Assembly (NCBI GenBank): GCA_964016885.1
Contig: OZ024761.1
Location: 19,716,001 to 19,780,000, forward strand
Direction of reading: 5' to 3'
Source: Eledone cirrhosa
Lineage: Eukaryota
Length of the DNA: 64,000 nucleotides
The translations under genes were made by a program, and so were the position numbers. The notes beneath the pieces were generated by a model, which was given only the letters and a program-made list of their open reading frames with translations, was not told where the DNA came from and made no database searches. This document shows positions 54,293 to 64,000 of this stretch, piece after piece. Position 1 is the first letter of the stretch. Each line of letters opens with the position of its first letter.

Positions 54293-54486
54293 ATATATAT
54301 GTGTATATTTATATGTATATAAATGATGATTTCTGAAGAATGAAACAGTTCTAGTCCTGTAGAATCTCATCTATATTAAAACCTATGCCCCAGCATGGCC
54401 TCAGCCGGATGGCTGAAACAGGTAAAAGAGTATATATATATATATATGTGTGTATATATATATGTGTATATTTATATGTATATAGG

Positions 54487-54517
<31 letters not shown>

Positions 54518-54529
54518 GTATGTATCTAT

Positions 54530-54582
<53 letters not shown>

Positions 54583-54807
54583 TCAGCCCTCCTCTCCACA
54601 CTTGCCTACCACTCTGTAAATTACACTATTATGTTGCTAATTAAGCAGCTGGGGGAGGCGGTGTCGGCAGTGAGGGGGTGGACGGGGGATGTGGCTCATT
54701 ATTTTTTTGATGTTCACGAAAACAAACATTTCTGCCATGATTAATGATAGTTAATTGTTAACTAAATAGTTGGGTCTCTCAGTATTTCTGTTTTGTGATT
54801 GAGTGGG

Positions 54808-54953
54808 TGTCTGTTCTGTCTCTCTGTTTGTCTGTTTGACTGTCTGTCTGTCTGTCTGTCTGTCATCTAGCTGTCATCTGTCTGTCTCTCTGTCTCTCTG
54901 TTTGACTGTCTGTCTGTCTGTCATCTGTCTGTCTGTTTGTCATCTATCTGTCA

Positions 54954-54987
<34 letters not shown>

Positions 54988-55171
54988 ATCTGTCTGACTG
55001 TATGTCTCTCTATCTGTCTGGTCTGACTGTCTGTCTGTCTGACTGTATGTCTGCCATCTGTCTGTCTGTCTGTCTGTCATCTGTCTCTCTCTCTCTGGTC
55101 TAGTCTGTCTGTCTGACTGTATGTCTCTCTATCTGTCTGGTCTGTCTGTCTGTCTGACTGTATGTCTGTCA

Positions 55172-55202
<31 letters not shown>

Positions 55203-55245
55203 GTCTGTCATCTGTCTGTCTGCCTGTCATCTGTCTGTCTGTCTC

Positions 55246-55276
<31 letters not shown>

Positions 55277-55445
55277 CTCTGCCATCTGTCTGTCTGTCTG
55301 ACTGACATCTGTCTCTCTATCTGTCTGGTCTAGTCTGTCTGTCTGACTATGCCTCTCTATCTGTCTGTCTGACTGTCTGTCTGACTGTATGTCTGTCTGT
55401 CTGTCATCTGTCTGTATGCCGCTCTGTCAGTCATCTGTCTGTCAT
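54808..55445. repeat. Degenerate (TCTG)n tract
   Basis: Direct inspection. Confidence 0.9.
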
Positions 55446-55535
55446 GTGACACACACACATGCGAAAGCGTATGGAAAAAAATTCTAGTATAATCAAAGTC
55501 ATGATCTACCCACTGCAATTTTTAGTTATGATAGT

Positions 55536-56170
55536 AACCCTTTAGCCTTTAAACCAGCTATATCCGACTAGATTTTTGCCCAACTCCTTCCATTCAAACT
55601 GGCTGTATCTGGCTCCTCATATTTATGTTAAGGTATTGTTCTCATAGTAGATAATATCAAAATCCCGTAGATTCGATAGTATGTGAGATAATTAAGTGAG
55701 GTAAAGCGTTTACCATGAAAATACAATAGTATATAGAAAGTAATGTAAATACTAAAGGGTTAAACCGGCCATATCCGGTCAGAATTCTCTCACCTCTTTC
55801 TGTCCAAACTGGCCATAACTGGCTGCTCCTACTAATGTTAAGGTATTATTCTCAAAATATAGAATATCAAAATCTCATAGATTTGATATCATGTGAGATA
55901 ATTGTGAGGTAAAGCCTTTACCATGAAAACACAATAGTAAATATAGAGTAATGTAAATACTAAAGAGTTAAACCAGTCATATTCAGCCAGAATTAGCTCA
56001 CTTCTTTCTGTTCAAACTGGGCGTAACAGGCCGCTCATACTTATGTTAAGGTATTGTTCTCAAAATAAATTATATCAAAATCTCATACATTCGATATCAT
56101 GTGATATAATTATGTAAGATAAAGCCTTTACCACGAAAATACAATAGTATATATATAGTAATGTAAATGC

Positions 56171-56172
<2 letters not shown>
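55536..56172. mobile_element. Three head-to-tail copies of the piggyBac-like MITE; another partial copy at 34870-35038
   Basis: Units of about 210 bp matching the reverse complement of 23562-23782, joined at AAAG(G/A)GTTAAACC. Confidence 0.75.
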
Positions 56173-56201
<29 letters not shown>

Positions 56202-56336
56202 AAGTAAGTCCTTCATCAGTGACCCTCCAACCGTCCCAGGCAAAGCGATGAAATGCCTGGGACGGTTGGAGGGTCACTGATGAAGGACTTACTTTTTCAT
56301 ATGCACCACCATTTGCAACGTGCAGCCATCATTATT

Positions 56337-56367
<31 letters not shown>

Positions 56368-56370
<3 letters not shown>

Positions 56371-56654
56371 AGGGATAAATTGTAGTGGGCGGGAGAGAAG
56401 ACTGCGCTGGTATGTATATGTCATGTGCATGGAGGATGACTGCTGGGTAAAGAAGCGCCAAGAAATCACAGTGGAAGGAAGACACAGTAGAGGAAGACCT
56501 CGAAAATCATGGGTGGAGTTGGTGAGAGTTTATCTCAGATCACTGAAGCTCACAGAGGAGATGATGAAGGACCATGACGAATGGAGAGATGCTGAAAAGG
56601 GCCCATTCCACCCTTGCAAGCAGGGAAAAGGGGACGTAAAATGATAATGATGAT
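56368..56654 (+). mobile_element. Degenerate RTE 3' fragment, same family as 47904-48762
   Basis: Reads ERRLRWY...MEDDCWVKK...GRPRKSW and ends CCCTTGCAAGCAGGGAAAAG...ATGATGA. Confidence 0.85.
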
Positions 56655-56733
56655 ATATGTATATATATATATTAGAAAGTGAGGTTTTTTTTACAAAATG
56701 AAAAATAACCGAGGTGTCCTACACGAGTGGAAG

Positions 56734-57001
56734 TATAAAGAAAAAGGGATGAAATCGAAAATGCAACTGAAGTCTTATTTTTTTTTAAAATATATATATT
56801 TATTTGGTTCCTTTACCGGTTTCGCAGTTCTTCTGCTTTTCAAAAGGTGAGTTGAGATGGAGGGTCTGTGGTTTTTCTCACATCTGGTTGGTCTCTAAAT
56901 GTTACTTGTTTTATATGGAAAAAGTGGCTCGAAAGCCAGGTTTCATATATATTTTTTTTTAAAATAAGACTTCAGTTGCATTTTCGATTTCATCCCTTTT
57001 T

Positions 57002-57007
<6 letters not shown>
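56734..57007. mobile_element. Unclassified element with inverted ends of about 50 bp
   Basis: AAGAAAAAGGGATGAAATCGAAAATGCAACTGAAGTCTTATTTT and its reverse complement at about 56960-57004. Confidence 0.65.
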
Positions 57008-57064
<57 letters not shown>

Positions 57065-57068
<4 letters not shown>

Positions 57069-57450
57069 TGTAAAGTAGTTGTGTAGGTATCACGACAAAA
57101 GAGCACCCAGTCTACACTGTAAAGTAGTTGTGTAGGCACCATGGTAAAAAGCACCGAGTACCATGTCTTGCTCATACAGGAACTGATTCTGGCTTGATTT
57201 CTACAGCTGGATGCCCTTCCTAACACCAACCTCATTTACAGTGAGTGCTGGGTGCTTTTTTGCTGTGGCGCCTACACGACAGCTCTACAGTATGGACTGG
57301 GGGATTTTTGTGGTGACACCTACACAGCCACTTTACAGTGGGAGAGTAAGGGCATGATGTCTATATGCTTCAGCTTCGGCTTGTACCCGTGGGAAATTGG
57401 GCCTTCTGTATTACTGTGTAACGCCAGCAGAGGTCTTTGTCCTTTGCAAT
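57065..57450 (-). mobile_element. Diverged RTE fragment spanning the ORF end and 3' UTR
   Basis: 57350-57440 resembles the 57780-57860 stop region and is followed by the same UTR blocks. Confidence 0.7.
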
Positions 57451-57497
57451 TGGTAATACATATATACATACATATTTACATATATATATACATATAT

Positions 57498-60400
57498 CAT
57501 CATCATCATCATCATCACCGTTTTACGTCCGTTCTTCCACGCTAGCATGGGTTAGACGGGTTGTCCTGTTGTGGGCAGTGTCTGGTCGGCTGACCATGCC
57601 TTGCTCATACAGGAACTGATCTGGCTTGATTTCTACAGCTGGATGCCCTTCCTAACACCAACCTCATTTACAGTGAGTGCTGGGTGCTTTTTCGTGGCGC
57701 CTACACGTCCACTTTACAGTGTGGGCTGGGTGCTTTTTTGCCGTGGCACCTCCACGACCACCTTGCGGTGGGGGGGGGGGCATATTGTTTATATGCTTCA
57801 GCATGTACCCATGGGAGGTCGGGTACCCTGTATTACTGCGTGACGCCAGAAGTCACGGTCGTGTGTCATTGACTTTGAGAGGTGTAGTTGGGTAAGGTCG
57901 GCTTTTATCACCTCATCCCAAGTCATCTTGGGTCTCCCCACTCCGCGGTTTCCATCAACTTCTAGTGCTCTGCACCTTTTTATGCAGCTGTCATCCTTCA
58001 TACGCATCACATGTCCATACCAGCGTAACCGCCTCTCCTGCACACAGCATTTGATTCCTCTTATGCTCAGTCTCTCTCTCAATTCATTTATGCTTTGTCG
58101 TTCACGTATATTACTGTTACACATCCATCGGAGCATGCAGGCTTCGTTTCTCTCTAATCTACGTAAGTCTTCCACCTTCAGCGCCCAGGTCTCACTACCA
58201 TGCAACATCGCTGTTCGGATACACGCATCATACAGTCTGCCTTTCATTCTGAGGGAGAAGCCTTTTGCAGCTAGCAGTGGTAGTAGTTCCCTAAACTTCT
58301 TCCATCCCGTTCTTACCCTAGTTATTGTACTTTCTGAGCACCCACCTCCGTTGCTAATTCGGTCACCTAGGTAGCAGAAGCTGTCTACTGTTTCTACAGG
58401 GCCCTCCCAGAGATTGGTGGTACTTGTTTCCTGTGGCTGTTTGCTTGCTGTTTCAGCACAGCTGCTGCATGTGAATCCTACATTCTTAATTAAGCTTCCT
58501 GAGATCCCGCTACATCTCTTGTGTACCCATTGTTTGCATTTGGGGCAAAGAATGGAGTTCCTACCTACACCTTTCCTACATACTGAGCAAGGCCATTTCC
58601 CTGAGGGGATCTGGGTTCTGTTTTCTCGTCTACTTATAAGGACCTTAGTCTTTGTCATGTTGACTTTGAGGCCCTTTCTCTCTAGTCCCTGCTTCCAGGT
58701 TTGGAATTTATTCTCTAGTTCTACCATAGATTCAGCTATGAGTGCGAGGTCATCAGCATACAGGAGTTCCCATGGGCATCCGGTCTTAAACTCCTCCGTT
58801 ATTGCCTGCAGGACTATGATGAACAGGAGAGGGCTAAGAACAGAGCCCTGGTGGACCCCAACCTGTACGCTAAATTCCTCGCTATACTCATTGCCAATCC
58901 TAACTTTGCTGACTGCTCCCCTATACATGGCTTGTACCGCTTTCACAAGCCATTCATCTACTCCTAGTTTTCTAAGAGCCCACCAGATTACTGCACGTGG
59001 AACTCTGTCAAAGGCTTTCTCAAGGTCGACAAATGCCAAGTAGAGTGGCTTACTTTTAGCTAGGTACTTTTCCTGTAATTGCCTCACAAGGAAGAGCGCA
59101 TCAGTGGTGCCTTTCCCTGGAACAAACCCAAATTGCATCTCGTCTATATTCACCCGGTCCCTAATCAGCTGTGCTATAACTCTTTCTGTTACTTTCATGA
59201 CCTGGTCCATCAACTTTATACCTCTATAGTTTCCTCTATCTAGTGCATCGCCTTTACCTTTGTAGCAGTTGACAATGATGCTACTGCACCAATCTTTTGG
59301 TATGGCCCCCTCTAGTATTACCTGGTTAACGATACGTGTGGTTATAGTGTGACCTACAGACCCAGATGCCTTCAGCATCTCGGCAGCTATACCCGATGGA
59401 CCGGTTGCCTTCCCTATCTTCATATCTCTGATTGCCTTACTTACTACGCTGCCGCTGACTTGTACTGCTGGTCCCTCTATAGGGTCTACGTGGGGTAGGG
59501 TCTCTTCTTCCCATGCATTCTCCTCATTTAGTAATCTATCATAATGACTCTTCCATGCATCTTTCTTCTCAGCACTTGTGAGGGCAAGCTCACCTTTATC
59601 ATTCCGGATACACTTCTCTCCAATGACATCACAACTATCTCTGACACACTGCCTCGCAATCTTGAATACCTCCTGTTTCTGGTCCTCACGTTGTAAAACA
59701 TGCTTGAATTTTCTATCCTCTGCTTCCCTCCTAGCTAAGTATACTTGTCGCCTAGCTTCCCTCTTGGTCTCTATGTAATGTACCCTGCTCCCCCCGTTCT
59801 TCCATTCTTTCCATGCCTGTCTCTTGGCCTTGACTGCTTCATCTACCTTATTGTTCCACCACCAAGTCACTCTCCTCCTGCTTGAGGTCTTACTCCAGCC
59901 ACAAACCTCATCCGTCGCCTCTAGTAAGTTATTTTTTAGGAACTCCCAGTTCTCTTCTACGTTAAATGTCTCTATCTGTTCTTCTTTACTGTCGTAGGCG
60001 TTGAGTAAAATATCTTTAAATCTGTTACTGGTTGAGGGGACTTTCAGCTTCCAGATCTTTCTTCTCCAGGTTGGCCTCTGTTTCAGGGCTCGTCTAGTTC
60101 TGACCGTGAGGTCGCTGACAACTAAGCTATGTTGGGATGTACATTCCTCACTAGGGAAGGCTTTTGTGTTTACGACCGTCCATCTGTCACGTCCTCTGAT
60201 GAGGATAAAATCTAACTGACTAGAGTGCTCCCCTGATCTATAGGTGATCAGGTGGTTGTCGGGTTTTTTAAAGTTTGTGTTACATATCGACATGTCATTG
60301 GCGTCGCAGAATTCTAGAAGTCTGAATCCTTCCTCATTCCTTGTGCCAACTCCATGGCCTCCATGTACTCTATTGAAGCCGTCGCAGTGTTTACCTACGT

Positions 60401-60915
60401 GTCCGTTAAAATCTCCTGCAATGATTAGGAAGTCCTTGTCGTCTGTTAGAGCAGTAGTGTGTATTAGGGACTCGTAAAACCTATCCTTAAGTTCGTCTGG
60501 CAGCCCCGATTGGGGTGCGTAAGCTGATATTATTGTGGTAATTGTCTTATTCAGGACTAGTCTGAGTTTAATGATTCTTGCATTTACCCTGTACACTGAG
60601 ATTACTTTATCTACCCACTTGTCAGCTAATAGTATACCTACACCACCCATCCCATCGTCATTTCCCACCCAGAAAAATTTGTAGCACTGGCTTTTTCCTA
60701 CAAGGACTCTAGCAGACCCTCCTCTCCATCTAGTCTCTTGCACACAACATACATCAACTTCCTTTCGCTCTAGCATTTCTACGATTTCTCCTGCTCTTCC
60801 TTTCATTGAGCCTACATTGATGGTACCAACTCGGAGTTTTGGGCATTTGTCGACACTCGTAGGGGAGGGTCTCTGGGTTGGCGCTTCACGTGGGTGCTTG
60901 GTAGCTCGCAGATTC

Positions 60916-60917
<2 letters not shown>
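57498..60917 (-). mobile_element. Near-complete RTE-clade LINE: ORF, about 300-nt 3' UTR and (GAT)n tail; 5' UTR absent
   Basis: Single ORF with AP-endonuclease and RT domains. The 3' UTR (about 57797-57520) contains GGTTGGTGTTAGGAAGGGCATCC and ends in GATGATG repeats. (TA)n flanks both ends. Confidence 0.95.
57798..60917 (-). CDS. RTE LINE ORF (1039 aa from the Met at 60917): APE endonuclease, reverse transcriptase and embedded PHD finger
   Basis: APE motifs [39 protein letters not shown] motifs [33 protein letters not shown] (58749-58760), FCYLG. RTE C-terminal RRLRWYGHV and GRPK motifs. The ORF-track extension to 61148 is (TA)n read-through. Confidence 0.93.
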
Positions 60918-60972
<55 letters not shown>

Positions 60973-60987
60973 TATACATATATATAC

Positions 60988-61032
<45 letters not shown>

Positions 61033-61145
61033 TACATATATATACATATATATACATATATATACATATATATACATGGCTTAGTGGTTAGAGCATTGGC
61101 CTTGCAATATATATACATATATATACATATATATACATATATATA

Positions 61146-61434
61146 CATGGCTTAGTGGTTAGAGCATTGGCCTTGCAATCAAAAGGTTATGAGTTCAATT
61201 CTCAGACCGGGTGATGTGTTGTTTCCTTGAGCAAGACACTTTATTTCACATTGCTCCAGGGGTCCCTATCATTCCACTGCAAAGTGGTTGTGGAGGTGCC
61301 ACGGCAAAAAAGCACCCAGCACTCACTGTAAATGAGGTTGGTGTTAGGAAGGGCATCCAGCTGTAGAAATCAAGCCAGAATCAGTTCCCGTCCCACCCTT
61401 GCAAGCAGGGAAAAGTGGACGTAAAATGAGATGA

Positions 61435-61438
<4 letters not shown>
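61146..61438 (+). mobile_element. Same SINE family, with a duplicated head fragment at 61076-61108
   Basis: Head, core with an internal deletion, and tail. Confidence 0.85.
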
Positions 61439-61514
<76 letters not shown>

Positions 61515-61707
61515 CTATGTATATATACATAACATACACATCTGCACTTCCAGATGTAGACAAGTGATATAAACAGACTACTTATGTTAATTTTACTGAG
61601 TGTCTGGTTTCTTGATGAAGTGATTGAGTTCTCACTATCTCAGATCCTGTCTGCAAACGTGTGTGTGTGTATGTGTATATATACATGTGTATACATATAT
61701 ATGTGTA

Positions 61708-61758
<51 letters not shown>

Positions 61759-61808
61759 GTATATATATGTATATGTATATATATGTATATATATATATAT
61801 ATATGTGT

Positions 61809-61839
<31 letters not shown>

Positions 61840-61893
61840 TGTATGTATATATATGTATATATATACAGTATATATATATATATGTCTATATAC

Positions 61894-61939
<46 letters not shown>

Positions 61940-62004
61940 ATATATGTATGTATATATATATATATGTATGTATATATATAGACATATATGTATATATGTA
62001 TATG

Positions 62005-62035
<31 letters not shown>

Positions 62036-62216
62036 GTATATGTATATATATATATGTATATATATATATGTATATATATATGTATATGTATATATATGTA
62101 TATATATGTATATATATATATGTATATGTATATATATGTATATGTGTATATATATACATATATATGTATATATATGTTTATGTATATATATATACATATA
62201 TATGTATATATATGTT

Positions 62217-62261
<45 letters not shown>

Positions 62262-62915
62262 GTGTATATATATATATATATGTATATATATATGTATATG
62301 TGTATATATATATACATATATATGTATATGTGTATGTATATATGTGTATATATATGTATATGTGTATATATATATATACATATATATGTATGTATCTGTG
62401 TATATATATATATATATATACATATATATGTGTGTATATGTATATATATATATATATACATATATATGTATATATATGTGTATATATACATACATACACA
62501 CATGTGTGTGTATATATATATGTGTGTATATGTATATATATATATATATATACATACATACACACACGTGTGTGTATGTGTATATATGTATGCATGTACA
62601 TATATATATATAAATAATAGTAAAAAAGAAAAGACAGTAGAAAACACGAAAGGGATTTTCTCAGAATAACAGCAAAACATTTATTTACAAAATAGGAATT
62701 TCCACATTATTTGTACTGGTTTCAGTGTATAGGCTTCTTCGTACAATGGAAGTGTATAATGAAATTAAATTGCACATCAATAAGAATATGGGAAAAAAAT
62801 ATGTTAGATACAAAGTTTGCATTTTTGTCTGTAGTTTTCTGTCTTTCTCTCTTGGTGATGACCTTAACTGTTTTACTATATATGTATACATACACACACA
62901 CATCCATGTATACAA

Positions 62916-62958
<43 letters not shown>

Positions 62959-63333
62959 ATATGCTCCCACACACCCCACCACAAGGTGGTCGTGGAGGTG
63001 CCACGGCAAAAAAGCACCCAGCCCACACTGTAAAGTGGACGTGTAGGCGCCACGAAAAAGCACCCAGCACTCACTGTAAATGAGGTTGGTGTTAGGAAGG
63101 GCATCCAGCTGTAGAAATCAAGCCAAATCAGTTCCTGTATGAGCAAGGCATGGTCAGCCGACCAGACACTGCACACAACAGGACAACCCGTCTAACCCAT
63201 GCTAGCGTGGAAGAACGGACGTAAAACGGTGCTCGATAAGGATAAATATATATCAAATATATAAGAACCGTAGAGCATATATGTATGTATATGTATATAT
63301 ATATGTATGTATATATATATATATATATATATG

Positions 63334-63364
<31 letters not shown>

Positions 63365-63366
63365 AA

Positions 63367-63947
<581 letters not shown>

Positions 63948-64000
63948 AGTGTAATTTTCTACACAAAACGAAGGTTATAGAGAAAATTGAGGTTGGTAAT

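Noticed and set aside
60918-61148. N-terminal 77 aa of the 1116-aa ORF
   Set aside because: Derived from (TA)n and an antisense SINE-head fragment, not LINE sequence.

Overview
AT-rich, microsatellite-dense animal genomic DNA. The SINE and LINE content suggests a cephalopod, probably an octopus (inference). One host gene is well supported: a minus-strand NADH-cytochrome b5 reductase (CYB5R3-like). It has eight confident coding exons between 1 and 12269 and a candidate 12-nt first coding exon at 22143-22154; its 3' end runs off the window start. The rest is mostly mobile DNA. This includes a near-complete RTE-clade LINE with an uninterrupted APE-RT frame and a C4HC3 PHD finger inside the RT (57498-60917), plus RTE and CR1 fragments. 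There are two tRNA-derived SINE families, one sharing its 3' end with the RTEs, a decayed Chapaev-like transposon, and hAT, piggyBac, mariner and pogo MITEs. The most unusual signal is a set of short families carrying hammerhead-ribozyme-like cores (Penelope-like), which often appear as long fold-back palindromes. Almost all ORF-track entries are microsatellite artefacts.
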